Below, in pieces: positions 10,936-21,865 of a stretch of DNA of 64,000 nucleotides (positions are counted from its first letter, which is position 1; every line of letters starts with the position of its first letter). Source of the DNA: a virus (Duplodnaviria; Caudoviricetes). The DNA lies in IMG/VR virus record IMGVR_UViG_3300037507_002920, positions 1-64,000 of that record. One strand, 5' to 3'. The notes below the pieces were generated by a model. That model did not search any database. It was not told the DNA's origin and saw nothing but the letters and a program-made list of their open reading frames with translations. A program made the translations under genes and the position numbers.

Positions 10936-11508
10936 ATGTTGAATAAAGAACAAATTGAATCAAACAAAAGTAAATTTTTAGAAACAAATTCTAGATATAA
11001 AATCTTTAATCAAGACCTATTAGATTTTTTAGGTGAAGAATATTTCATAGCACCATCTTCATTGTCTTTAGATATGTTTGGGTGTTATCCTGGTGGATTG
11101 TTAAATGTGTGTTTTAAGGCGGCAAAATATGCAATAAAAACAAATGACATTTTACCTGATAACATGAAACAAAATCCAACTTCAATACTTAAATGTGTTT
11201 TTTTATCACAGATTGGAAAAAGTTTTTTATTTAAACCAAATCCAAGTGAATGGCACAGAAAAAATTTGGGGAAAATGTATGAATTCACTGATAGTGAAGT
11301 GTCAATGAAATCAAATGAAAGGTCCATTCATTATATTTTAAAATTTGGCATTCAATTATCTGAAGAAGAATTTCAAACAATTTTAAATTCAGATAAAGAA
11401 AATGAAGATAAATCAATAAAATACCGAGCATCTAATCTATCAAATGTGGTTAGAATAGGTTTTGAACTAGCAATATTAGAAGAAAAAAATGCACAAAAAT
11501 CAAATTGA
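10936..11508 (+). CDS. HD-domain-like protein with degenerate metal ligands
   Basis: FIAPSS...GCYPGGLL matches phage HD hydrolases, but LSQIGK occupies the LHDxGK position. Confidence 0.55.
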   Translation: MLNKEQIESNKSKFLETNSRYKIFNQDLLDFLGEEYFIAPSSLSLDMFGCYPGGLLNVCFKAAKYAIKTNDILPDNMKQNPTSILKCVFLSQIGKSFLFKPNPSEWHRKNLGKMYEFTDSEVSMKSNERSIHYILKFGIQLSEEEFQTILNSDKENEDKSIKYRASNLSNVVRIGFELAILEEKNAQKSN

Positions 11509-12094
11509 AGATTATATTAAAAAATTGCAAGAGTTAGAAAAATCAATTTTGCAAGAAGAAAAAACCGATTCGTCTTTTATGGATGAATTGAACTCGCTTT
11601 TATCTAATTTAGGTGATGACATAAAAGGACAAATAACTCGAGATGTTAATAAATTTGAAGTAAAAGTAAAAAAATTAAACAAAAACGCGGTTATCCCCAA
11701 ATACGCTAAAGATGGTGATGCTGGTATGGATTTAGTTGCAACTTCAATAATATCAAACACCACTTTTGATGTAACCTATGGAACAGGTATTGCAATGGAA
11801 ATACCAAAAGGTTATGTTGGTCTCGTTTTTCCTCGTTCATCGATAAGGAAAACCGATTTGTCATTAACTAATTGTGTTGGAGTAATTGATAGTGGATATA
11901 GAGGAGAAATTCAGGCAACATTTAAAAAGGTTTTTGGCAAAAACGATATAAGAATAGATGAAATGGATTATAAAGTTGGAGATAGAATTGCACAAATAAT
12001 GATTATTCCATACCCATCTGTTACGTTTATTGAATCTGATGAGTTATCTGATTCTGAACGAGGAGAAGGTGGTTTTGGTAGTACAGGTAAATAA
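11489..12094 (+). CDS. dut: trimeric dUTPase with N-terminal helical extension
   Basis: GDAGMDL, FPRSS, GVIDSGYRGEI, GDRIAQ and RGEGGFGSTG motifs. Confidence 0.95.
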   Translation: MHKNQIEDYIKKLQELEKSILQEEKTDSSFMDELNSLLSNLGDDIKGQITRDVNKFEVKVKKLNKNAVIPKYAKDGDAGMDLVATSIISNTTFDVTYGTGIAMEIPKGYVGLVFPRSSIRKTDLSLTNCVGVIDSGYRGEIQATFKKVFGKNDIRIDEMDYKVGDRIAQIMIIPYPSVTFIESDELSDSERGEGGFGSTGK

Positions 12095-12120
12095 ACAATT
12101 AAAATATAAACATTAATAAC

Positions 12121-12837
12121 TTGAGAAAGACATTATCAAAAATACCGGTAAATATAGAAGAAAGACAAACACCTAAAAAACAAAGAATTAGAGATATTAT
12201 CAAACAACCAAAAGAGAAATTTTTAACAAAAAACCAAGAAGAATATTGGAATACTCTTACTAATAATGAAATAACTCTATGTTTTGGTCCCGCGGGTGTT
12301 GGTAAATCTTATATTGCTATGAAAAGAGCAATTGATTTGTTATGGGATGATAAAAATAAATATGAAAAAATAATTATAGTTAGACCAGCTGTTGAGGCAG
12401 AAGAAAAATTAGGTTCATTACCTGGTGGTTTAGAAGAAAAATTAGACCCATATATTTACCCATCATATTATTTATTAAATAAAATAATAGGTAAAGATGC
12501 TAGAGAAAAATTAAAAGATGAGGGGTTCATTGAAATAGCGGCATTGGCTTACATGAGAGGATGGAATGTTGACAATACTATTTTAGTATTTGAAGAAGCA
12601 CAGAACACAACACCATCTCAAATGAAGCTCTTATTAACAAGAATAGGTTTTAATTCTAAATTTTTCATTTCTGGAGATTTAGAACAATCAGATAAATTTA
12701 AAGATAGAACCAAAACTGGTTTATACGACGCAAAAGTAAGATTAGGTGATTTACCAAATGTTGGTATTTTTGAATTTGATGATAGAGATATTGTTAGAAA
12801 TCCAATAATTACCGAAATCTTGAGAAGATACGATTAG
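12121..12837 (+). CDS. phoH: PhoH-like ATPase
   Basis: GPAGVGKS, RPAVEAEEKLGSLPG, AYMRG, EEAQN, GDLEQSD and DIVRNP motifs; TTG start. Confidence 0.93.
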   Translation: MRKTLSKIPVNIEERQTPKKQRIRDIIKQPKEKFLTKNQEEYWNTLTNNEITLCFGPAGVGKSYIAMKRAIDLLWDDKNKYEKIIIVRPAVEAEEKLGSLPGGLEEKLDPYIYPSYYLLNKIIGKDAREKLKDEGFIEIAALAYMRGWNVDNTILVFEEAQNTTPSQMKLLLTRIGFNSKFFISGDLEQSDKFKDRTKTGLYDAKVRLGDLPNVGIFEFDDRDIVRNPIITEILRRYD

Positions 12838-12874
12838 ACTTTACACACTATAGTTTTATTACTATATTGTAAGT

Positions 12875-13561
12875 ATGGAAATATTTGTAAGTATTGATGG
12901 TGTTCTTAGAAATACCGTTCAAAAATTTGATTACCACTATAAAGATTATTTCTTAAATACTGAATCAACGGAAGAAGAAACTTTTGAATATTCGGTTAAA
13001 ACAAAACCTGTTTCATTTCAAAAGATAATTAATTCATATTCTTTTCAATCAATTGATGAATTCAATAAATTCCTTTACTTTGATTTCCCAATTGAAATCT
13101 TTGGTCATGGTGGTTTATCTTATAATCAAGCGGCTACCGATTTAAACAAATTAATTGTTGAACATTCAGATTGTCGTTTTACTTTAGTTGGTTTAAATGA
13201 AAAAGGGAAAGCCAAATCTGCTTCCCTTTTTTTTATATCAAAAAATGGAATAATGATGGACCAAATTATTTTTTCAAATAATTCACAAATTGATAATTTA
13301 TGGAAAAAATGCGATGTGTGGATAACCGAAGATTTTGACGTAATCTATAAATGCCCAAAAAATAAAAAAGTAATTAAATTTAATACATATTACAATAATC
13401 ACTACAAAATTCAATTAGAAATTAGTAAATTATCAGAAATAAACAAATTATGGTTGAAATTTTCGGAAAAAACTATTACATCGATGTTGATGGGATTAGT
13501 CAAACGTGTCAAACGGGCTATGAAATTAAAAATGAAGATGGTACAACAACATCAGAAATAA
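12875..13561 (+). CDS. HAD-superfamily 5'-nucleotidase-like protein, first catalytic Asp replaced
   Basis: IFVSIDGVLRN (compare DxDGVL), DVWITED, FNTYYN. Confidence 0.55.
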   Translation: MEIFVSIDGVLRNTVQKFDYHYKDYFLNTESTEEETFEYSVKTKPVSFQKIINSYSFQSIDEFNKFLYFDFPIEIFGHGGLSYNQAATDLNKLIVEHSDCRFTLVGLNEKGKAKSASLFFISKNGIMMDQIIFSNNSQIDNLWKKCDVWITEDFDVIYKCPKNKKVIKFNTYYNNHYKIQLEISKLSEINKLWLKFSEKTITSMLMGLVKRVKRAMKLKMKMVQQHQK

Positions 13562-13731
13562 ATTTATTTAAATACGAAATAATAAAATCTTGTGTTGAAC
13601 GAGTTTTGAGTGAGTTTACAGAAGTTGATAATGAATTGGGCGTTTTCGCTGAAAACAGTTTAACAATATCATTTAAAATTGCTTTTAATACATTAATAAA
13701 ATACAATATCTTAATATCTGAAGATGAATAA
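13450..13731 (+). CDS. hypothetical protein
   Basis: 93-aa ORF whose stop overlaps the next start. Confidence 0.6.
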   Translation: MVEIFGKNYYIDVDGISQTCQTGYEIKNEDGTTTSEINLFKYEIIKSCVERVLSEFTEVDNELGVFAENSLTISFKIAFNTLIKYNILISEDE

Positions 13732-14827
13732 AAATAATCAAAATATAGAAAAACTATCAAATTCTTTAGAAAATTTATATAATAAAACAAATATTATATA
13801 TTTTTTAGTTTATGATACTAAAAATAATCCAAGAGCATCCGTAAAATACATATATGATTTGGCGAGTACTCTAAAAAATGAAAATTTTAACGTTAAAATT
13901 TTAGTTGAAGATAAAACATACTCTGGTGTATCACAATGGTTAGGTGATAAATATTCGGATTTAGAAGTTGTAACCATTAAAGATGATAGAGTTGAAATTA
14001 AAATTGAAGACATTATTGTTGTACCAGAATATTACTCAAATGTTTTAGAATCATTATCTAACATAAGATGTGTAAAAATTATGTTAGTTCAACAAAAAGA
14101 ATACATTTTTGAAACATTACCAATTGGTAGTAGATGGTCAGATTATGGTTTTGATAGGGTAATAACTACAACTGAATTTTCAAAAAAATATATAAACAAT
14201 TTATTTAATGAATGTTTGGTACATATTATTCCACCAATAATAGGGGATGAGTTTTCTAAAAATGAAAAATTATCGAAACCAGTTGTTGCTATTTTATGTA
14301 AAGACAGGTCAATAAATAAAAAAATAATTTCAGAATTTTATATAAAATACCCACATTTACGATGGGTCACATTTAGAGACATGATTAACATGTCGTATGT
14401 TGATTTTGCAAATGGTTTAAAAGAATGTATGGTATCAGTATGGGTTGATGATGATTCTACTTTTGGTACCTTTCCGTTAGAATCAATGAAATGCGGTGTG
14501 CCTGTCGTTGGAAAAATACCAAAAAACGAACCCGATTGGTTATCTGAAAATGGAATGTGGACTTACGATGAATCTAAAATTGTTGAAATTTTAGGGACAT
14601 ATGTTACCGCTTGGTTGGAAGGAATCGAAATTAATGATGATGTTAAACAAAAAATGAAAGACACATTATTACCGTATTCAACCGATATCACCAAAAATCA
14701 TATTGTAAATATTTTTGAATCATTTATAAATAAAAGAATTGAAGCAATTGAAAAAAGCATAAATAAACTAAAAGAAGAATTTGATGTTATTTTAAATTCT
14801 GATGACGAAACTAAACAAGTACAATGA
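13724..14827 (+). CDS. glycosyltransferase-like (GT-B)
   Basis: IIVVPEY; STFGTFPLESMKCGVPVVG resembles the GT4 E-x7-E region. Confidence 0.7.
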   Translation: MNKNNQNIEKLSNSLENLYNKTNIIYFLVYDTKNNPRASVKYIYDLASTLKNENFNVKILVEDKTYSGVSQWLGDKYSDLEVVTIKDDRVEIKIEDIIVVPEYYSNVLESLSNIRCVKIMLVQQKEYIFETLPIGSRWSDYGFDRVITTTEFSKKYINNLFNECLVHIIPPIIGDEFSKNEKLSKPVVAILCKDRSINKKIISEFYIKYPHLRWVTFRDMINMSYVDFANGLKECMVSVWVDDDSTFGTFPLESMKCGVPVVGKIPKNEPDWLSENGMWTYDESKIVEILGTYVTAWLEGIEINDDVKQKMKDTLLPYSTDITKNHIVNIFESFINKRIEAIEKSINKLKEEFDVILNSDDETKQVQ

Positions 14828-15603
14828 AAAACATCACAATTATATTACCCGTACATAAATGGGATGAAAATTATGAGATAATGTTTAATAATGCATTTAA
14901 ATCTGTTGAAAATTTTTATAATGATGTGACATTATTAATTATTGCACCAAAAAATTTATTATCAAAAATAAAAATTGAACAAACTAATTTAGAACATAAG
15001 TTAATAGAAAATAAAGGTAAAACTGATTTTTGTAGTCAAGTAAATTTAGGTATAGATAATTGCGAAACCGAGTGGTTTTCGATTTTAGAAATTGATGATG
15101 AATACAATAAAAATTGGTTAAATTTAGTTACAAGTTATTCCAATGAAAATCCAGATGTTGATGTGTTTCTTTCATTAGTAAAAGATATTAATGTAGAAGG
15201 TAATTTTTTGAGTTACACAAATGAGGCAACGTGGGCATACGGATTTACTGATAAACAAGGATTTTTAAACAATGAGGCTCTTTTAGAATATCAAAATTTT
15301 CAAATATCTGGTGGATTATACAGAACATCAAAAATAAAAGAATACGGTAAATTAAAAGAAAATATTAAACTAACTTTTGGTTATGAATTTTTATTAAGAT
15401 TAACATTTAATAATTTAAAAATAATGACAATACCCAGAGTTGGATATCAACATGTTAATTTTAGAGACGACTCGTTATTTTGGAATTACAAAAATTCTGA
15501 AAATGATAAATTAAGTCCAAACGAAGTTAAATTTTGGTTAGATACCGCCAAAAAAGAATTTTTCTTTAAAAACGTAAGAGATATAAATTATGTAGAAAAC
15601 TAA
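14824..15603 (+). CDS. glycosyltransferase family 2
   Basis: ITIILPVH, QVNLGID...EWFSILEIDDEY. Confidence 0.75.
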   Translation: MKNITIILPVHKWDENYEIMFNNAFKSVENFYNDVTLLIIAPKNLLSKIKIEQTNLEHKLIENKGKTDFCSQVNLGIDNCETEWFSILEIDDEYNKNWLNLVTSYSNENPDVDVFLSLVKDINVEGNFLSYTNEATWAYGFTDKQGFLNNEALLEYQNFQISGGLYRTSKIKEYGKLKENIKLTFGYEFLLRLTFNNLKIMTIPRVGYQHVNFRDDSLFWNYKNSENDKLSPNEVKFWLDTAKKEFFFKNVRDINYVEN

Positions 15604-15604
15604 A

Positions 15605-16303
15605 ATGCCCCGTAAAAGAACCCAAAAAATATATTTTGGGGAGGAACAAGAACAAGCGGTAGTAAGATATTTACAATCTGATTCCGAATATGAAAAGAAT
15701 AAGATATTCAATGAATATTTAAAAGAACCTCTCACTATAATGATTGAATCAATTATTCGACGTTATAAATTATACAGAAAAGATTTGGAATTTGAAGAGA
15801 TACATTCAGATACCATGTCATTTCTTATTACAAAAATAAACAAATTTGACCATACTAAAAATCATAAAGCATATTCTTATTTTGGTACTATTTGTAAGAA
15901 TTATTTAATGGGTAGTATACAAAAAGATACTAAAGAAACAAATAGAACGGTGTTTTATGAAGACGTTTCTACGGAATTAGAAGAAAGTCCTGAGCATTCA
16001 TATGTCATGGATGAAACTGAAATTGATTATCGAGATGTAATTATTAAATTTATTAATGATTTAGAATCATTTATTGAAAATGAAGAAATGACTGAAAATG
16101 AACAAAAATTGGGGTATGCTCTAATTGAAATTTTTAGTAACTTCGATAAAATATTCCAAATTGGAAATGGAAATAAATTCAATAAAAATTTAATTCTTCT
16201 TTCTTTAAGAGAAATGACTTCATTGTCAACAAAAGAAATAAGAACATCATTAAAGCGTTATAAAAAAATGTATGTTAATGTTGTTTTTACGTTTATAAAT
16301 TAA
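15605..16303 (+). CDS. phage sigma factor, T4 gp55-like (late transcription)
   Basis: KINKFDHTKNHKAYSYFGTICKNYL matches the region-2 pattern of gp55-type sigma factors. Confidence 0.7.
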   Translation: MPRKRTQKIYFGEEQEQAVVRYLQSDSEYEKNKIFNEYLKEPLTIMIESIIRRYKLYRKDLEFEEIHSDTMSFLITKINKFDHTKNHKAYSYFGTICKNYLMGSIQKDTKETNRTVFYEDVSTELEESPEHSYVMDETEIDYRDVIIKFINDLESFIENEEMTENEQKLGYALIEIFSNFDKIFQIGNGNKFNKNLILLSLREMTSLSTKEIRTSLKRYKKMYVNVVFTFIN

Positions 16304-16323
16304 TTTTTTTACTATTTATATAT

Positions 16324-16701
16324 ATGAAACGTAATAAAAATCTTATATCCTTAGATACCGATTCTGCTCTTGTTTTAATGCAAGAAATTTATAATGATAT
16401 TATGGAACAAAAAACCACCGCATCTATGATTACTAAAAAAATGTTAACATTTATGAAAGATTCAGAAGATATGAGTGTAATTGGTCCAGTAATTAAAGAG
16501 CAACAAAAAATATTAAATGATTGCACTGAAAAAAAAATATCATTAGTTAAATTACAAAACGCATTATTAAAACAAACTTATGGACCAAATTCTGTGAATT
16601 CAGGAGGTAAACTTCAATTAACAGAAGAAGATAGGGTAATCTTAGAGAAATTGATGAATGATGAAGATTCGGAATCTAAGGGTGACACCTATAAAGTCTA
16701 A
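16324..16701 (+). CDS. hypothetical coiled-coil protein
   Basis: 125-aa ORF; TATTTAT at 16313. Confidence 0.6.
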   Translation: MKRNKNLISLDTDSALVLMQEIYNDIMEQKTTASMITKKMLTFMKDSEDMSVIGPVIKEQQKILNDCTEKKISLVKLQNALLKQTYGPNSVNSGGKLQLTEEDRVILEKLMNDEDSESKGDTYKV

Positions 16702-18674
16702 TGAGTAAAACTAAAGAAACGAAAAAAAAATTACAGGCAAAAATTGAGTCTGTAAAAAAAATAATCGACGATTCCACAGAAAAAATTGGAAACGTTGGAG
16801 ACGCTTTTCAAAAAAATATTCCTGACCCTAATGAGTTTATTGGTACTAAATTAAGTGGAATTTCTGATAAGTTAAAACTTAAAAATGACAATAAAAAAGA
16901 TATTTTTACAGAACTAATTGAGGTCGCGGAACAATTTATAACAACAAATAAAAAAACAATAAACGATAAGTTAGATAATATTTCTTTTAGTAATCCAAAT
17001 AGAAGAGGTATTAATGTTAATGTTGATAAAAATCCATCCAAAACTAAAATTAAAAGACACGCAATTTCTGCTGCTAATGTAACATTAAATCAGGCTAAAG
17101 AAATATCAATTAAGAGGTTGTCAGAAGCTTTATTCATGGGTGATGGTATATGTGGGTCAAAATCCGTTTTTAATGTTGATTCCATTCAACTTAGCCCTGA
17201 TGAATTTGATTTTTTAAATATTTTTACATTAGACCCTGATTCTACATGTGGTCAATTGGTTTATGAATCAGAATCGACAGATAAGAATAAAGAAAAACTT
17301 AACAGAAATCTTTATAATTTAATGGCAAATGGGGGAACCCATACATATACATCAAATAATGGAAATAATTTATTTACATCATCTTGGAACGTTGGGACCC
17401 AAAAATTTACATTTAGTGGTTTTACAAGAGGAACCGCGGGTGTTGTAAATGTGCAAGATTTTATTACTGATTATTATAATTCCTTAGAATATCCTGATAT
17501 CAACGATATTGTAAAACAATGTATGATGATGACTATTCAAGGTGGTTCTAGTTGTGGGGAATCCACAAAATTTACAAAATCTCTTAATTTAAATTTGAGA
17601 TTAATTGATAGATTATTAAAAATTTGTGGAGGAACAAACAAAGACCTTTTAAAAAATCAAACACCTGTTGACATGTTCGATGAAAATGACGAAGATTTAG
17701 AATTTTATTTTGACTTTGATGATGTTGAGGGAATTGATTTGGAAGATGAAGACGCAAGAAACAGAGGAGTTTTAAAGTTTAAAAGTTGTGATGATTACGA
17801 AATACCTGTTAGTGACATGCACATTGAAGATTTTATTTTTTTATCAAGAGATAAAACCGCGCAAGATTCGATTGTACAATCTTTAGAAAATGTTGCTAGA
17901 GATGCTTCCGAGCAATCCGGTGGTTCACTATCGATTAGTGTTTTATTAGATGGTCTATTAAATAATTTTATACTTTATATACCTAAAGTTTTAATAATGT
18001 CTGTTTTATCTGCAAAAATATTTTTACCACTTATAATTTTATATAAAATATTTAAATCATTGGCGGTAAATGTTTATTTAAGTGCACAAGAATTAATCAA
18101 AAAATTTAAAAACGCGATTAGCAAAATCGTGTCAGATTTATTTTGGTTATTTATTAGGGAATTTTGGAGACTTATTAAGATTGATTTGTTATCGTTTGTA
18201 AACGAGGTGGTTCAAAGAATATTAAAAAACAAATATAAGAGATATCTTTTAATAATAACATCATTAATCGCTCTTTTAAAGAAAATATTAGAGAGTGAAA
18301 TTGATAATTGTTATGCAATTTTTCAGACAATATTAACCACCATAGAAGGTGCGCTTTCTCAAAGACTTAGTGTTTCGGTACCCTCATTATTATTACTTTT
18401 TTCAGATAAACTACCAGGTTATAGTCAAGATAGGGCGTTTATGAATATTATGAATAGATTAGAATCGTCAGGAATACCCACAGGACCCTTATTTGGTGAA
18501 TCTAATGATATTGGTAATTTAGTTAAATCCATAATTGATGGACATACAGAAGAGGAAGATGCAAATTCATTTATTAAAATTGTTTTACAAGGAGGGACAT
18601 TACCCGGTCCACCTTTAGCCGGTGGCGCAATTATCCCACCTGGGTTTATATCGGGAGTTGGAAAAAAATTCTAA
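16701..18674 (+). CDS. hypothetical large protein with hydrophobic segment (probable virion protein)
   Basis: 657-aa ORF translationally coupled to its neighbours. Confidence 0.6.
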   Translation: MSKTKETKKKLQAKIESVKKIIDDSTEKIGNVGDAFQKNIPDPNEFIGTKLSGISDKLKLKNDNKKDIFTELIEVAEQFITTNKKTINDKLDNISFSNPNRRGINVNVDKNPSKTKIKRHAISAANVTLNQAKEISIKRLSEALFMGDGICGSKSVFNVDSIQLSPDEFDFLNIFTLDPDSTCGQLVYESESTDKNKEKLNRNLYNLMANGGTHTYTSNNGNNLFTSSWNVGTQKFTFSGFTRGTAGVVNVQDFITDYYNSLEYPDINDIVKQCMMMTIQGGSSCGESTKFTKSLNLNLRLIDRLLKICGGTNKDLLKNQTPVDMFDENDEDLEFYFDFDDVEGIDLEDEDARNRGVLKFKSCDDYEIPVSDMHIEDFIFLSRDKTAQDSIVQSLENVARDASEQSGGSLSISVLLDGLLNNFILYIPKVLIMSVLSAKIFLPLIILYKIFKSLAVNVYLSAQELIKKFKNAISKIVSDLFWLFIREFWRLIKIDLLSFVNEVVQRILKNKYKRYLLIITSLIALLKKILESEIDNCYAIFQTILTTIEGALSQRLSVSVPSLLLLFSDKLPGYSQDRAFMNIMNRLESSGIPTGPLFGESNDIGNLVKSIIDGHTEEEDANSFIKIVLQGGTLPGPPLAGGAIIPPGFISGVGKKF

Positions 18675-18675
18675 T

Positions 18676-18876
18676 ATGGAAAAAGATAAATTTGTTAATA
18701 TAATAGAAAATATTAAAGATAAATCAAATAAAGATTTATTTGATGCGGAAGATTTTTTGTTTAAAAAACACGAAGAACTGAAATCATACATTGTAAAAAT
18801 GACATATAAATTAGAAACAATAGAAAATTTACATTCTAAAGTTTTAGAGGAAATAGAAAATAGAAAGTTTAAATGA
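18676..18876 (+). CDS. hypothetical protein
   Basis: ATG at 18676 (MEKDKF...) directly after the previous stop. Confidence 0.55.
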   Translation: MEKDKFVNIIENIKDKSNKDLFDAEDFLFKKHEELKSYIVKMTYKLETIENLHSKVLEEIENRKFK

Positions 18877-20453
18877 AAATTGTTGACCTAGGTGTTTGTA
18901 TTAATAATAATGACCCAAAGGGTTTAGGTAGGATACGCGTGATAGATTATGATGATTATGTTGGTGGTAAATCAAATATTAAAAATTATGAAGAGTGGAG
19001 CAAAGATGACCCATTTTTAGCTATTCCTTTTTTACCAAACAATATAAATTTCATACCTGAAATCAAACAAACGGTAAAGATAATAAGATACGATACCGAA
19101 AAGACAACAGTAAATCAAGAATATATTGCCGGCCCATTCACAACAAGATTTGATTTTAATTCTCAAACATTTAATGAACAAATTATTGATACATCATATG
19201 GTGTGTCTATTGAACATAAATCAGACATAATAAAAAATGAAACAGGTGATTTACCTGAAAATTCAAAAAATGCACTATCAAAATACAAAGATTATTCTGT
19301 GTCAGGTAAATACGGTGACGATATTGTATTTACAACGGGTGGATTAGTGCTAAGAGCAGGTAAACTTATTTCAAAAATAAAGGCAACCAATGAAGAACAA
19401 CTATTAATATCAAAAGGATTTCCAATTGTTTCAAGAAAATCGGCAAAATTGCATTTAAAAAAATTTTCAGATAAAAAATATCTGTCAGAAGAAATAAAAG
19501 AAGAAACAGTAACGGAAAATAAAATAATAAAATATATCATTGAATACGATTTAGACGATTTATCTAATCCAACAACTTGTAATTTTTACATTTATCAAGT
19601 TAAACCAAATTTCTACATCCCAAAATATAATTCAAATAATTTTACTGAATTTACAGAAATATTACAAAATGAAACCATTCTTTTATCAGAATCGGGAAAC
19701 ACATATACCTTTCAAATTAATTTGAATAACATTAGTGGATACAGTGGATTTACATTAAATAATAAATTAAATGAAGTTATATATTCAGTTAGAAATAAAT
19801 TAAATGAAATTCATCAAAATGGTTTTGATGGTGTCGTATCATATAAAATACTAACAAATTTAACAACAATAAATGATGGAACACAATCAACACAGTTTTT
19901 AGAAATACACCCATTTTTCTTTAGACCAACATTTGAATTTAAAAATAGAACAACAACATCTACAGAGTTTACAAATAGAAAATATGTTTTGTCTAAAATT
20001 CAATTGACATCAAAAACATCTGCGGGTTCTAGTATTGTTTTTAATCGAGACAGTATTAATCCTCCACAAAAAATAATACAGAAAAAATCACAAGTTCTTA
20101 GAATTGACCAAAAAGTAAAAGAACAGACATTTGGGAATATTACGGCAGATAAGATTTATATTTTATCAACTGATACCAATTTTACTGATAAACCTATTGA
20201 TTTTCTTAATTTAGATTCATATGAATATAGTCAAGATGATTATGTTCAAAAAATTGACCCGAATACGTATTCTTTAGTAAGAGGTGAAATTTTATTGAGT
20301 TTTATTGATGCAGTTTATAATGTTTTAACAACTCACGTGCATAATATTAATAAACCTTATGTTAAATCAGATTACGATGCACATACCGAGATGGAAAGAC
20401 TATACAATAAATTAAGACAAGAGTTAATAAACACATCAATTAAAATCAACTAA
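18873..20453 (+). CDS. baseplate hub/central spike (gp5/gpV-like OB-fold)
   Basis: N-terminal GVCINNNDPKGLGRIRV...FIPEIKQTV; C-terminal THVH (HxH) spike motif. Confidence 0.7.
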   Translation: MKIVDLGVCINNNDPKGLGRIRVIDYDDYVGGKSNIKNYEEWSKDDPFLAIPFLPNNINFIPEIKQTVKIIRYDTEKTTVNQEYIAGPFTTRFDFNSQTFNEQIIDTSYGVSIEHKSDIIKNETGDLPENSKNALSKYKDYSVSGKYGDDIVFTTGGLVLRAGKLISKIKATNEEQLLISKGFPIVSRKSAKLHLKKFSDKKYLSEEIKEETVTENKIIKYIIEYDLDDLSNPTTCNFYIYQVKPNFYIPKYNSNNFTEFTEILQNETILLSESGNTYTFQINLNNISGYSGFTLNNKLNEVIYSVRNKLNEIHQNGFDGVVSYKILTNLTTINDGTQSTQFLEIHPFFFRPTFEFKNRTTTSTEFTNRKYVLSKIQLTSKTSAGSSIVFNRDSINPPQKIIQKKSQVLRIDQKVKEQTFGNITADKIYILSTDTNFTDKPIDFLNLDSYEYSQDDYVQKIDPNTYSLVRGEILLSFIDAVYNVLTTHVHNINKPYVKSDYDAHTEMERLYNKLRQELINTSIKIN

Positions 20454-20478
20454 ATTGATATTTATTATATAAAAACTG

Positions 20479-21852
20479 ATGTCATATTATCGCTCTTATT
20501 TTTCAAAAAACAACACTATCATTAAAAATAGTGAAGTCAATACCGCCAAAAACCCAACCACAGAAATTTACTATGGTGAAGGGGTCTCTAGATTTATTTT
20601 TACAATAAATTTTAGCAGTTTAACATCAAAAATCAATAATGGTGATTTAGTCATTGATAATAATACCAAACATTACCTAAAAATGACAAACACCGTTATT
20701 GGTGACCCTAAATTAATTGGTAATGATAAATCAAATGGAAGAGAAAGAGCAACATCATTTGATTTGGTTGTTTTTCAATTAGATGAATCGTGGGACGAGG
20801 GTGTTGGTTTTGATTATGAATTTGTTGATTATACAGATGATTTTGATAATAAAATTTACGATATTAGACCATCAAATTGGTTTAATAAAACTACTATTAG
20901 TGGTTGGACAAATCAAGGTGTATACTCTACTGGTGCAACGATAATTGATACCATTCATTTCGACAATGGTAATGAAAATATTGAATTAGACATCACAAAT
21001 TACGTAAATGGAATTGTTGTATCGGGTAATACTAATTATGGATTGGGAATAAAATTTGAAGATGAATATGAAGATGTAAGTGGTTCAACAGAACAATCTG
21101 TCTCCTTTTTTTCAAAGTATACACAAACTTTCTTTGAACCATTTGTTGAGAGTGTTTTTGAAGATAGAATAGATGACAATAGACAAAACTTCATAGGAGA
21201 CAGGGTAAATAATCTTTACTTGTATGTAACAAAAGGAACAAATTTCTATGATTTAGATAATACCCCTACCGTTGATATTTTAAACTCAAGTTTAACACCA
21301 ATCACAGGTGTAACTGGTTTAACAACAACAAAAATCAGAAAGGGTGTTTATAAAGTTAGTTTTGGACTATTAGGACAACTTTGTGATGGTAAAAGATTTT
21401 TTTATGATAAATGGAAAAATTTATCAATTGATGGTGTTTCAATTAATGATGTTACGCAAAAATTTGTGCCCAAACCATTTTCTTCAGGATATAGTTTTGG
21501 TGAAAACCCAAAAGAAACGCAAAGTTATATTATACAATTTTCAGGAATAAAACAAAATGAAAAAATAATTAGAGGAGAATTGAAAAAGATTTTAATTGAA
21601 TTAAAATCTATTGAGCAACAAAAAACAATTTTATTTGATGATGTCTATTATCGTATCTTTATAAAAGAAGGTAAAACAAATGTCATTGTCTTTGATTGGA
21701 CAAAAACAGATGTAACAAATGAAAACTCTTTTTATTTGGACACCTCTTATTTAATACCAAGAGAGTATTATATGGAATTCAAATCTAAAACATATACTGA
21801 AGAAATTTTCTATAACAATTATGTTAAATTTGAAATAATATCAGAAAAATAA
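20479..21852 (+). CDS. putative virion structural protein
   Basis: 457-aa ORF with WDEGVG, DITNYV and NYGLGIKF segments; TATTTAT upstream. Confidence 0.55.
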   Translation: MSYYRSYFSKNNTIIKNSEVNTAKNPTTEIYYGEGVSRFIFTINFSSLTSKINNGDLVIDNNTKHYLKMTNTVIGDPKLIGNDKSNGRERATSFDLVVFQLDESWDEGVGFDYEFVDYTDDFDNKIYDIRPSNWFNKTTISGWTNQGVYSTGATIIDTIHFDNGNENIELDITNYVNGIVVSGNTNYGLGIKFEDEYEDVSGSTEQSVSFFSKYTQTFFEPFVESVFEDRIDDNRQNFIGDRVNNLYLYVTKGTNFYDLDNTPTVDILNSSLTPITGVTGLTTTKIRKGVYKVSFGLLGQLCDGKRFFYDKWKNLSIDGVSINDVTQKFVPKPFSSGYSFGENPKETQSYIIQFSGIKQNEKIIRGELKKILIELKSIEQQKTILFDDVYYRIFIKEGKTNVIVFDWTKTDVTNENSFYLDTSYLIPREYYMEFKSKTYTEEIFYNNYVKFEIISEK

Positions 21853-21865
21853 AATATTTATAATT

